Assembly: GCF_963921235.1 (NCBI RefSeq)
Contig: NC_086126.1
Coordinates: 16,368,001-16,432,000 of the forward strand
Length of the DNA stretch: 64,000 bases
Direction: 5' to 3'
Source of the DNA: Mobula hypostoma
Lineage: Eukaryota
Part shown: positions 25,391 through 37,775 of the stretch, one piece after another
How the letters are laid out: each line of letters opens with the position of its first letter
Position numbering within the stretch: the stretch's first letter is position 1
Made by a program: the position numbers and the translations under genes
Notes under the pieces: generated by a model
What the model was told of the DNA's origin: nothing
Database searches by the model: none
Seen by the model: only the letters and a program-made list of their open reading frames with translations

Positions 25391-25427
25391 TTTGATTTTC
25401 CGGTTTGTTTTGTCAGTAAACTTGTCT

Positions 25428-25802
25428 TCACTTGGAGCTGGTGTACTTGGTCACCGCCTTTGTCCCTTCGGACACGGCGTGCTTGGCCAGCTCCCCGGGC
25501 AGCAGCAGGCGCACGGCGGTCTGGATCTCCCGGGAGCTGATGGTGGACCGCTTGTTGTAATGGGCCAGGCGGGAAGCCTCACCCGCGATGCGCTCGAAAA
25601 TATCGTTGACGAATGAATTCATGATGCTCATGGCCTTGGAGGAGATGCCGGTGTCGGGGTGAACCTGCTTCATCACTTTGTAGATGTAGATGGCGTAAGT
25701 CTCCTTCCTCGACCTCTTGCGCTTCTTGCCAGTCTTGCTCGCTGGTTTGGACAAAGCTTTCTTGGCGCCCTTCTTGGGAGCGGGTTTCGCTGGATCCGGC
25801 AT
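25428..25802 (-). CDS. H2B: Histone H2B (copy 2)
   Basis: 124 aa from the ATG at 25802 ([15 protein letters not shown]...KYTSSK). Confidence 0.98.
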   Translation of the reverse strand: MPDPAKPAPKKGAKKALSKPASKTGKKRKRSRKETYAIYIYKVMKQVHPDTGISSKAMSIMNSFVNDIFERIAGEASRLAHYNKRSTISSREIQTAVRLLLPGELAKHAVSEGTKAVTKYTSSK

Positions 25803-25853
25803 TTCCTCGTCGGTTTCAAACACAATAATGAGCAGAAGCTGCTCGGAGCGCGG

Positions 25854-25975
25854 ATTAAATAGGCAGCGCCCAAAGCGGTATGTTAATGAGGATGGGAATT
25901 CTGAGCATTTCCATTGGCTGTTTGGAGAAATGAGTCACCAATCGGAACGCTGGGGGATGGGAAGCGGCGCCAATG
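25854..25975 (-). promoter_or_regulatory. H2B copy 2 promoter with variant octamer
   Basis: TATTTAA near 25861-25855; CTCATTAACATAC in place of CTCATTTGCATAC; three CCAAT boxes. Confidence 0.75.
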
Positions 25976-26759
25976 GGCGGGGTTTACCGCTGTCGTTTGA
26001 TGCGGGAGGAAGTACTGAAGGGCAGAGACAGGCCGGGGTGCGGGCTGAGATTGAAAAGGGAAACGCAAATTTCAAACGCAGAATTAAATAAAATCAGATG
26101 AAATTTTGTAAAATTAAACACTGAGACGTTTAGTTTATGACATAGGGCAGCATGATAGTGAAGGAGAGATTTGGACATTTCAGTGTAAAGTTTAAATCGA
26201 GTTTATTTATGCACAGGTGAAAGGAACAACGTATTTGTAGCAGCATCACAGACACATTGCATCAGAGACACAACATTGACAAGAAACACTGAAATTAAAT
26301 ATGAATTATACCAAAATATTCAAAGAGTCAGAAGACTATCAGAACAAAATCAAAATAACAAACAGATTATCCGGGCAGAGGGAGAATCATCCCTCTTGTG
26401 CTTCTTCATCTCGTCACTCTGGATTCAGTGTCACGCAACGCTGCCACTTTGATCTGGCCCATGCCTTCATTAACCAGGTCCAACACTTGCCTTTATTGGA
26501 TCTTCCTCCTTCTTACACTAGTCATCGGGTTTGTGGGGGTGTGCCCAGGGTTAATTGGGGTGTGTGACCCGTTGGACTTTAGGATTAGGTTTGAGGGTGG
26601 GGCTGGTGGTTGTATATGTGGGGCTGGGAGAGATAAGGCTGTAGAGTTTAGTATGGTGAGATATGTGGGACTATGGTGGATAGGGTAGTGTAGTGTAGCC
26701 ACTTCAATCTGGCCCATGCCTTCATTAATGTGGCCTGACACAACTTGGCTTAATGAACT

Positions 26760-26870
26760 GGGTGTTCACAGGGACACATCATTAGTAATATTATTTAGGG
26801 TCATTGGGTGTTTCGGGTCTTCAATTATGAGACATCCTCGCCCAGGCGACCCAGCCAGGGTTTATCCCAT
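26760..26870 (-). mobile_element. Possible 3' UTR remnant of an R2/Hero-like non-LTR element
   Basis: Minus strand CCCTGGCTGGGTCGCCTGGGCGAGG...GACCCGAAACACCCAATGA...TGATGTGTCCC. Recalled similarity only. Confidence 0.35.
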
Positions 26871-27209
26871 GGACTAACATAACGAGAGGCATGTAATTCT
26901 GCATGTTGTGGGTATTTTGGACCTTGTTACTTGGCTTTATTTTGATCATTTGGGTAATCGAATGTTCTGAGGCCTAGTTATCAGGCTTTCCCTTCAAGTA
27001 AGGTTCAACTTCCCTACTTTAAATTTACACCTGTCTTTATTTTGCATCTGTGTGCCTGTGATTGCATGGATAAACAGTGTTTACTGCAGTACAAAGTAGT
27101 AATTAGGGTTGTGCAGATTGGTCCATAATTGCAAAATGCAAACATCTCTGAAATCCAGGATTTTTTGTGCTGACATAACATCACAAATGGAGAATTTTAC
27201 TCACGATTA

Positions 27210-29660
27210 AATTGCTTGTCTACTGAAGAGAGTTTCACGGCTCTGGGCCTCTATTCACTGGAACTTCGAAGAAAGAAGGGTTACTGAATTCAAACCTATC
27301 AAATAGTTAAGGGCTTGAGTAGGTGGATATGGAGAGGATTTTTCCTGTGGTGGGAGTGTCTAAAACTGGACCACACAGCTTCAAAATGGAGGGGCATCCT
27401 TTTAGAATGGAAATGAGGAGGAATTTCTTCAGCCAGAGAGTGCTGAATCTGTGAATTTTTTTGCTACAGGCAGCTGTGGAGGCCAAATCACTGGGTATAG
27501 GCAGAGATTGATAGATTCTTAATTGGTCAGGGCACAAAGGGATACAAGGGAAGGCAGGAGACTGCGGCTCAGAGGAAAAATTGATCAGTGATGATGAAAT
27601 GCCAGAGAAGGCTCGACAGGCAAAATGGTCGAATTCTGCTCCTGTACCTTATGGTCTTGTGGACTCACTTAGTGACTAAATCTCTCCCAGAGACTGTTGA
27701 TCTCAGTTTTGACTCAACCCAGCAACTGAGGCTCCACATTACTTATATAAGGAATGCAGAAGTTCTTTGTTCTCTGATTAAAGAAATATCATCTCATTTC
27801 CATCCTGAATGCTTGTCACCTCATTCTGAGCAACAGACACAAAATGCTGGAGGAAGTCAGCAGGCCAGGCAGCATCTATGGGAAAGAGTAACGAGTCGAT
27901 GCTTCAGGCTGAGAATCTTCACCCTGAGATCTGATGAAGGGTCTCGGCCTGAAGTGTCGACTGTTAACTCTTTTTCATAGAGGCTGCCTGTCCTGCTGAG
28001 TTCCTCCAGCATTTTGTGTGTGTTGCGTTGGATTTCCAGCATCAGCAGATTCTCTCGTGTTTGTGATTTACGCCTCATTCTGAGGGTATTTTCCTCAGTT
28101 ATGGAGTTCTCATTCAGGGGAAAGATCCTCCTTGCCTATTGCCTGTCATATCCTGAAAGAATGTAACAGATTTCCTCGTTTTCTCATGAACAGCAGGGAA
28201 TACAGACCCAGCCCACTCACTCTCCTCTCACATAACCAACCTTCCATCCCCGGAACCAACCCAGTCAGTGTGGGGAACAGTCACTGCACTTCCTCTATTG
28301 CAGGGATATCTTTCCGAGGAAGTGTGACCAAACCTGGACACGATACTTAAGGTGTGCTCTCACCAGGGCCCCTATATAATCCCAGTGAGACTTCTGTACC
28401 CTCTTGGACAATCCCCCTGGATCACAGGACAAAATACTGTTTGAACATAGAACATAGAACAGTACAGCACAGTACAGGCCCTTCGGCCCACAATGTTGTG
28501 CCGACCCTCAAACCCTGCCGCCCATATAAATAGAACATAGAATAGTACAGCACAGTACAGGCCCTCTCATTACTTGTTGTATCTGCCTGTAAACTCAAGT
28601 GATTTGTTCACAAGGACGCCCAGGTCCCTCTGAACATCCCTGTGTGGAAATGACTCTTACAGTTTGTTCCTGGGAATGGGTGATCGCACATTTCCCCACA
28701 TTCTGTTCCATCTGCCACATCCTCAACCATTCACTCTCCTGCCTACATCCCCCAAACCTCCTCACTACTGACACTGTCCCTCCCGCTCTGCCACAGCAGC
28801 AGACGTAGTCACTGAGTTATGCAGCACAGAAACAGGCCCTTCAGCCCAACACATCCATGCTGACCAAGTGGCCAAACAAAACCATTGTCAGTCGCCTGCA
28901 TTTGGCCCATGTCCCTGTGAAACTTCCCTTTCCACAGTCCAAGAGATATTGCAACTGTGCCCACCTATACCACCACTTGGGGTAGTTTGTTCCATGTAAA
29001 CAGCACATTCTGTGTACAAAACCTGATCCTCAGGGTCCCATTTAAGTCTTTCCTCTCTCAGATTATATCTGTAATCTCTCGCTTCCAACTCCATAACCCT
29101 GGAGATAACAGATTCACTGTTGACCGTATCTATGACTGCCATTATTTTCTCACCTCTCTAATGTCACATACACTCTGGTGAGAAAGGTCCTGGCCAATGC
29201 AGCCTCCTGTTAAATCACTTTGCACCCTCTCCAGTTTAATGTCACCCTCTGATCCCAGGGCAACTATAACTGTACTCCGTGCTCCGAGAGTAGTTTCCCC
29301 GAGGCTGGTAGAGCTGTAATGTGCCGTCACAGTCCAGTGCCCGATACTCTGACCGATGAATGCGAGTGTGGCGAACACCTTCTTCACCGTCCTGACGACC
29401 TGTGTTTACACTCTGAAGGAATTCGATATCTACACCCCGATATCTCTGTTTTACAGCACTCCCAGGGACAGACCATTCCCCACGGCAGTTCTGCCCTGGT
29501 TCGTCAATGACAATGGAACATCTCACATTTATCTGTCATTCCTCAAATCACTGACCTCATTGATCACCGTCCTGTTGTAATGTTAGTTACATTTGTTTCA
29601 CACTCCACGATATCACCAACTTTAGTGACATTGATAAATTTGCTGAGCCGGGCAGTGACA
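27210..29660. mobile_element. Patchwork of CR1 3' fragments on both strands
   Basis: CR1 3' end at 27210-27660 (+); (CATAGAA)n tails at 28444 and 28531; RT C-terminal peptides at 29142..29526 (-). Confidence 0.65.
27831..28072. mobile_element. 242-bp fold-back Penelope terminal insertion with 12-bp TSD
   Basis: TSD CCTCATTCTGAG at 27819-27830 and 28073-28084. About 90-bp imperfect inverted arms meet at CTGATGAAGGGTCTCGGCCTGAAG (27931). Confidence 0.88.
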
Positions 29661-29869
29661 TTGTCAGCCGAGTCTTTAATAAATGGACAGCAGCAGCAGC
29701 CCTGACTCGAATCCCGGTGCCACACTATTGATCACAGGTCCGCAGTCTAAACAATGACTTTGTCTCCCACCACCAGGCCGATATTGTATCCGGTGCCCTG
29801 GATCACGTGATCTCTCCTTCCAGACACGAGTCTCACCAGTCTGAAGCTCCCGGGCTTTTCCTCGCAGCG

Positions 29870-29965
29870 ATACACGCGCAGTGCTGGAGGAACTCAGCAG
29901 GCCAGGCAGCATCTATGAGAAACTGGAAACAGCCAACGTTTCAGGCCGAGACCCTCCATCAGCAT
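29870..29965 (-). mobile_element. Short Penelope terminal fragment (older subfamily)
   Basis: Minus strand CTGATGGAGGGTCTCGGCCTGAAACGTT...GATGCTGCCTGGCCTGCTGAGTTCCTCCAGCA. Confidence 0.75.
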
Positions 29966-30050
29966 CTGCACAATGGTCTTGTGTTTGGTTTTCCTTCGAT
30001 TCTAAATTACTGCATAACATGACCCCATCCTCCAGTCCTCTGCCACCACT

Positions 30051-30270
30051 CCTGCCCGAGAAACGCGCAGAGAGACAGAGGCGGGGAGGGGAGGAGACAG
30101 AGTCAGAGTGACGGACAGAGCCGAGAGCGGCCTCTCATCGTCCAGGTCCGTCTTCACTTTAATACACCCGGCAATTTCCAACGGTTTGTCCGAAACACAG
30201 AGCTCCAGAGAGAGAGAAAAAAACGCTCTCTAACACCACGTACAGAAGGAGTTCTGGGAATTTACTGGCA
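30051..30270 (-). pseudogene. Truncated orphan H4 promoter
   Basis: 30051-30160 is nearly identical to 31133-31242. It ends at CGGGCAGG, just before the TATA box; no CDS. Confidence 0.85.
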
Positions 30271-30672
30271 GTCGGACTTCATCTGATCCGAATACAGTGT
30301 GATTGGCGCAGGATCAATTTCAAATTGCCCGCCAATTTCAGAGCACCCAGCAACGGTGCTGGAAGACTTTTTTAAAAATTATTTACCGTTAGTTTTATCA
30401 CGCATTATACAATTTCAGTTTCATTTAATATCTAATCTCCTGAGTTAAGATTTAAATGCATAATTACGGAATCGCTTCTCTAAACAAGTGAACTGATTCC
30501 TGTCCGAGACGGATAAAAGGATGAAGATCGATCTTAATGCGTTCAGAGGTTCTGAAGTAATCACCGACTGGAAAGGCAGATTCGCAGGAATATCGCAAAC
30601 CGAACCGATTAATCTGTTTCAAATGTAACACAGCTGAATGTGTCGATAAAAATAATTAAAAGTCTGTGGATA

Positions 30673-30713
30673 CGGCTCCGTCTGAGAGGCGGTGGGTGGC
30701 TCTTAAAAGAGCC
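30673..30713 (-). terminator. Histone 3' stem-loop and HDE of H4 copy 2
   Basis: Minus strand GGCTCT-TTTA-AGAGCC (30713-30698), ACCCA, AGACGGAGCCG. Confidence 0.95.
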
Positions 30714-30746
30714 TTTGTTTTGTGCTCGGGAGGAGGTGGGAGTTTT

Positions 30747-31310
<564 letters not shown>

Positions 31311-31314
31311 ACTC

Positions 31315-32790
31315 AGTCTGAAAAGAACGAAAGCCAATGTCAGGCTAATAAACATGGTGGGCTGAAATGAGTTTATTTCAACACTAGGAGTGCTATGTTA
31401 TCGGACGGACAGGGCTGGCAGCTCAACATTCCTGGCTTTCATTGTTTTACATGTGAGTGGGGGGTTAAAAATGCAGAGGTTACCTCACTGGGCATGTCAC
31501 AGCAAACTGGAAGGTTCATTTACAGAGGCAATCTGTAGTTACACTGTTGGGGTGTTTGTATTGGCCCCGCAACAACCAGTGGGGGGACATTATCTTCTCT
31601 AGAATTGACTGGAACTTGCTTAATTCTTAAATGCGCCAGATTTCTTCAGTGAATCTGAAGAGTGTTTGAAACATTATGTACAGGGCCCAACCAGAGGTGA
31701 GAACAGATGGGAATGAGCCAGGCCAGGTGACAGCTGAGAGTCAGTGAACATTTTGGGAACAGTGATCACGTTTCTTTTTTTCTTAGTTACAAGTAAAAAT
31801 AAAAGTAGATCTTGTATGAAGGTACTAATTTGCAGGAGGACAAGTCAGGATGGAGGAAGACAGGAGGCAAGGGACATTGACTGGGAGCAGCCACTGTCAG
31901 ACAAGTCCACATCTGACATGTGGGAGTTTAAAGACCAGCAACTCTGAGTTCAGGATCAGCATGTTCCGGTGAGGAGTGAGGAGAAGGATGGTAAGTAAGG
32001 AATCTTTAGACAAGCGGAGAGATCCTAAATTTAGTCAAAAGGTTATGGAAGGTTTGTAAAGCTAAAGTCAGACTGGGTACCTTTGGAATATAAAGATAGC
32101 AGGGAAATGCTAAAGCAGGTGATAGGAAAGGCCAAAAGGGGCCACAAACTGTCCTTGTGGAGTGGGATCAAAGATGATCCCAAGGCCTTGTGATTTGTAT
32201 TAATAAGGCGAGGATAACCAGAGAATAGAAATGTCGACTCAAGATTAAAGGAGGAATGATGTGGTTGAAGTCAGACCAAGTGGCTGAGGTACTAAATGAG
32301 TATGTTGTGTCAGTATTTACTGAAGTGAAGGAATTGAATGGCAATGAAAACTGAGTGAGACATGCGAATGTACAGAGACATTTTGAGATTAAGGAGCAGG
32401 TTGTGCTGGGACGTCTGAAAGTCAATAAGATGGATAACACTCCAGGGCCTGATGGCATATATCCTACAACAGTGAAAGAAACAAGTGAGCAGATTGCTGG
32501 CGATTTGACAAGGATCTATCTGTCCTCGATCACAACATGTGAGGTCCCACAGGACTGGAGTGTCGCAAATGTTGCAGCTTTGATCAAGAAGGGAAATAAC
32601 AAGAATCCAGGAATCTATGGGCAAGGCAGCCTCATCTCAGTGGTAGAGAAGCTACTGGGGAGGATATTGAGGTACAGGATTCATGCACATTCGGAAAGGC
32701 ATGGCCTGCTTAGGGACAATCAACATGGTTTTGTGTGGGCAGATCACGTTTCATAAAATTGATTGAGGTTTCTGAGGAAGTGACACAGGC
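31315..32790 (+). mobile_element. Decayed CR1 ORF2
   Basis: ORF 32355..32756: TPGPDGIYP..VPQDWSVANV..NQHGF. Followed by a minus-strand CR1 3' end at 32790-33350. Confidence 0.75.
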
Positions 32791-33529
32791 TAAGATATAG
32801 GAGCAGAATTCAACCATTTGGCCCGTCGTCTGCTCCGACATTTCATTGTGGCTGACCCATTTTTCCTCTCAGCCCCAGTCTCCTGCCTTTCCCCTGTATC
32901 CCTTCATACTCTGACCAATCAAGAATCTATCAACCTCCGCCTTAAATATACATAAAGTCCTGGCTTGACAGCTCCCTGTGGCAATGAATTCCACAGATTC
33001 ACCACTCTCTGGCTAAAGGAATTCCTCATCTCCACATTCTACAAGGATGCTCCTCTATTCCGAGGCTTTGTCCTGATATTAGACACTCCCATCTTCTGCA
33101 CATCCACTTTATCACTGCCTTTCACCATTCGATAGGTTTCAATTGGGCCACCCCTCATTGTTCAAAAATTCCAGTGAATACAGGCCCAGAGCCATCAAAC
33201 ACTCTTCATATGGCAAGCTGTTTCATCCTGGAATCAATCTGGAGAACCTCCTTTGAAACCCATCGAGTTTCAGCTCATCCTTCCTCAGATGAAGAGCCCA
33301 AAACTGCTCACAATACTCCAGTGAGACCTCCACAGTACTTAATAAAGTCTCATCATTATTATGATTGGCGCAGATATTGTGAGACGAAGGGCAGGTTGCC
33401 ATCTGTTCCATATTGTGTACTGATGAATATGTTTGATCTAACAGCTATTGCAGGGACATGGATACAGAGACTGGGACTTCGACAATCCACTATATTCAAT
33501 GTTCCACAAGGAATCGGCAAAATGGGAGT

Positions 33530-34907
33530 TATTAGGTTTTATTGTTCTGCAATCGATTTAATTTGGCTTTTTTGACACTGATCAACAGAAAATACTCTAT
33601 GGTGTCAAAGTGAAAACAGATCTAAATTAATTGTAAATATGAAACAAAATAATTCATTGCCTTAGTATTTACCTCCTTCAAATCCGTAATTAGTTGATGC
33701 ACCTTTGGCAGTATTTACAGTTGAGTCTGTGTGGATAGGTGTCTATCAGCTTTGCACATCTGAACACTGCAATTTTTCCCCATTCTTCTTTACAAAACTG
33801 CAGAAGCTCTGTCAGAATGCATGGGTTAGTGAGTGAACGGATCTTTTCAAGTCCAGCCACAAATTCTCAATTGGATTGAGGTCTGCACTCTCACAAAGCC
33901 ACTCCAGGACATTAACTTTGTTGTTTTAAGGCATTCCTGTGCAGCTTTGGTTTTATGCTTGTGGTCATTGTCTTGCTGGAAAATTAATTTTCTCCTAAGT
34001 CGCAGTTCTCTTGAAGACTGAATTTGGTTTTCCTACAGGATTTCCCTGTATTTTGCTGCATTCATTTTACCCTCTACCTTTACGTGCCTTTCAGGGCCTG
34101 CTGCAGTGAAGTATACCCACAGGATGATGCAGCCTCCACCATACTTCACAGTAGGGATGGTGTGTTTTTGATGTTGTGCAGTGTTTGGCTTACTCCAAAC
34201 TTAGTGTTTGTGATGGTCAAAAGGTTTAATTTTGTTTTCATCAGACCATAGAATCTTCTTCCAACTAACTTCAGAGTCCCCAACAATTCTGGGAAACTCC
34301 AGGGAAGATTTCATCAGAGCATTTTTCAACAGTGGCTTTTTCTCTGCCACTCTCCCGTAAAGCTGCGACTGGTGAAACACCCGGGCAACAGTTGATGTAT
34401 GCACAATCTCTCCCACCACTGAAGCTTGTAACTCCTCTCGAGTTATCATAGGTCTCTTGGTGGCCTCCCTCACTGGCCCCTTCTTGCATGGTCACTCAGT
34501 TTCTGAGGATAACCTGCTCTTGGCAGGTGTGCCATATTCTTCCCACTTCTGGATGAGTGACTTAACTATACTCCAAGGGCATTCAGTGACTTGGAAATGT
34601 TCTTGTATCCATCTCCTGGCTTGTGTTTTTCAATAACCTGTTTGCAGAGCAGCTCGGAGTGTTAATTTGTCTTCACGGTGTAGTTTCTCCCAGGATACTG
34701 ACTCACCAGCAGTTCGACCTTCCACTTACAGGTGTACTATTACTACACAATCAATTGAAACACCCTGACTGCACACGGTCACCTCCATTTAACTGATCAT
34801 GTAACTTCAAAAACTAATTGGCTGCACCAATGATGATTTGGTGTGTCATATTAAAGGAGGTGAATACTTATGCAGACAATTATTTTGTGTTTTAGATTCG
34901 TAATTAA
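33530..34907 (-). mobile_element. Decayed Tc1/mariner DNA transposon (right TIR split by later insertions)
   Basis: ORF 34201..34473: REATKRPMIT..LYGRVAEKKPLL..WKKILWSDENKI. Inverted-repeat pieces at 33560-33680 pair with 34850-34907 plus 37299-37408; terminus-like GGTGTGAATACTTTT at 43093-43120. Confidence 0.8.
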
Positions 34908-37298
34908 GTCCCACGACCTCACTTCGGAAAATCGGACCATCAGGCCGTACTCCTCCTCCCGGCTTACAAACAGAAACTGAAGCGGGAGGTCACGGTGTCA
35001 AATGTAGTGTCGTGTTGGACGGAGGAAATGGATGAGGTCCTCCGTGACTGCTTTGAGTTGGTGGACTGGTTAGTATTCAAGGACTCGGCAGCTAACCTTG
35101 ATGAGTATGCCTCAGCTGTCACGGACTTTATTTGGAAATGCACGGAGGACTGTGTGTCTCGCAAGACGATCCGGGTATTCCCTAACCGGAAACCTTGGAT
35201 GAATTATAAGGTGAAGTCCCTTTTAAAGATTAGAGCTGTGGCTTTTAGGTCCGGGGATACCAGTCGCTACACTGAATCCAGACGTGAACTCCGGAAAGCC
35301 ATTAAGGGCGCCAAGAGGCAATATCGAGCCAAGTTGGAAGCCCAGGCGACCAGAGGGATGCCCGTACACTATGGCAGGGTAAAATGAGATCACTGGGCGC
35401 AAAGAAAAGACTGGGAATATCAATAACTGTGGCACTTCTCTTCCTGACGAACTTAATGTATTCCTGACGAAGGGTCTCGGCCTGAAACGTCGACTGCGCC
35501 TCTTGCTATAGATGCTGCCTGGCCTGCTGCGTTCACCAGCAACTTTGATGTATGTTGCTTGAATTTCCAGCATCTGCAGAATTCCTGTTGTTAATGTATT
35601 CTATGCAAGATTCGAACAGAAGAGGAGCGTCCCGCTCCCTCCGGATGTACCGGACCTGGTGGCATCGAGATTCATCCTCATCGAGGAGGACGTTAGAAGG
35701 GCCTTCCTGAAGATAAATCCAAGGAAGGCAACGGGCCCAGATGGCGTCCCGGGACGGGTTCTCCGGGCCTATGCAAGCGAGCTAGCTGGAACATTTGCTG
35801 ACATCTTCAACTGCTCCTTGCTTCAGTCTAAGATTCCCTCATGTTTTAGGAATGCAACGATAATCCCAGTGCCGAAGAAGAGCAAGGTGGCATGCCTGAA
35901 TGACTATCGACCTGTGGCTCTGACATCAATTGCTATGAAGTGCTTCAAGCGATTGGTTATGGCACACATCAACCACAGCCTAGTGGTCAACCTCGACACT
36001 TTGCAATTTGCCTACCAGAGCCAACAGGTCAACGACAGATGCCATCTCTCTGGCCCTACATTCCTCCTTAGAACACCTGGAGAATAAAGACACATACATA
36101 AGGCTCCTTTTCATTGACTACAGCTCTGCCTTTAATACCATCATTCCAAATAAACTGATTCCTAAGCTCTGGAACCTGGGCCTTAGCACTCAGATCTGCA
36201 GCTGGATCTTCAACTTCCTCACAGACAGGACCCTGGCTGTAAAAATAGGGGACAAGCTCTCCTCAACAGTCATTCTGAGCACCAGTGCCCCACAAGGCTG
36301 AGTACTCAGCCCCCTGCTGTACCCACTGTACCTCCATGATTGTGTAGCCAAGTTTCCATCAAACTCAGTATATAAGTTTGCTGATGACACAACAATTGTC
36401 CGCTTTATCTCGGGTAATGATGAGTTTGAGTACAGAGAGGAAATTAAGAAACTGGTGGCATGGTGCGAAGACAATAACCTATCCCTCAACGTCAGCAAGA
36501 TGAAGGAATTGGTTGTTGACTTCAGAAGGAGTAGCAGACAGCACAACCCAATTTATGTCGGTGGTGCGCAAGTAGAACAGGGTTAAAGCTTTAAGTTCCT
36601 CGGGGTCAATATCACAAATGACCAGATTTGGTCCAACCAAGCAGAGTTCACTGCCAAGAAGGCCCAGCAGCGCCTTTACTTCCTGAAAAAACTAAAGAAA
36701 TTTGGCCTGTCCCCTAAAACCCTCACTAATTTCTATAGATGCACCGTAGAATACATTCTTCTACGGTGCATCACAACCTAGTATGGAAGTTGTCCTGTCC
36801 AAGACCGAAAGAAGCTGCAGAAGATCGTGAACACAGCACAGCACATCACACAAACCAATCTTCTGTCTGTGGACTCACTTTACACCGCACACTCTAGGAG
36901 CAGTGCTGCCAGGATAATCAAGGACACGACCCACCCAGCCAATACATTTTTCGTCCCTCTTCCCTCCGGGATAAGGCTCAGGAACTTGAAGACTCATACA
37001 GCCAGATTTGGGAACAGCTTCTTTCCAACTGTGATAAGACTGCTGAACAGATCCTGACCCGGATCTGGGCCGTACCCTCCAAATATCCGGACCTGCCCCT
37101 CGGTTTTTTTGCTCTTCCTTACATTCCATTTTTCTATATTCTATTTATGATTTATAATTTATGTTTTTAATATTTACTAATTTTTAATATTTAATGCTTG
37201 TAATCCAGGGAGTGGGAAGCGCAGAATCAAATATCGCTGTGATGATTGTACATTCTAGTATCAATTATTTGGAGGCAATAAAGCATAAAGTATAAGTA
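34908..37298 (+). mobile_element. 5'-truncated Rex1/Babar LINE with 7-bp TSD
   Basis: [68 protein letters not shown] at 34901-34907 and 37299-37305. Confidence 0.9.
35464..35590 (+). mobile_element. 127-bp Penelope terminal insertion with 11-bp TSD, starting at the hammerhead core
   Basis: TSD TTAATGTATTC at 35453-35463 and 35591-35601. Begins CTGACGAAGGGTCTCGGCCTGAAACGTCGAC. Confidence 0.9.
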
Positions 37299-37775
37299 TA
37301 ATTAATTGAGAGCATTTTGTAGAGATTTGTTTTCACTTTGACACAGAAGAGTCTTTTTCCATTGATTAGTTTAAAAAAAAAGCCAAATTCAATCTACTTC
37401 TAAGGGGTAAACATAGAAACATAGAAAATAGGTGCAGGAGTAGGCCAGTCGGCCCCTCAAGCCTGCACTGCCATTCAGTACGATCATGGCTGATCATCCA
37501 ACTCAGAACCCTGTACCTGCCTTCTCTCCATACCCCCTGATCCCTTTAGCCACAAGGGCTATATCTAACTCCCTCTTAAATATAGCCAATGAACTGGCCT
37601 CAACTGTTTCCTGTGGCAGAGAATTCCACAGATTCACCACTCTCTTCATGAAGAAGTTTTTCCTCATCTCAGTCCTAAATGGCCTCCCTTTATCATCAAA
37701 CTGTGACCCCTCGTTCTGGACTTCCCCAACATCGGGTACAATCTTCCTGCATCTAGCCTGTCCAATCCCTTTAGA

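Noticed and set aside
25803-25823. MFETDEE extension of H2B copy 2
   Set aside because: GTG start artefact in the 5' UTR.
26500-26700. NUMT suggested by G/T skew
   Set aside because: No recognisable mitochondrial protein, tRNA or rRNA sequence in the frames I examined.
37486-37775. 609-aa ORF as a novel CR1-Penelope fusion protein
   Set aside because: The first ~97 codons are antisense CR1 3' sequence that happens to be in frame, and the ORF stops mid-RT.
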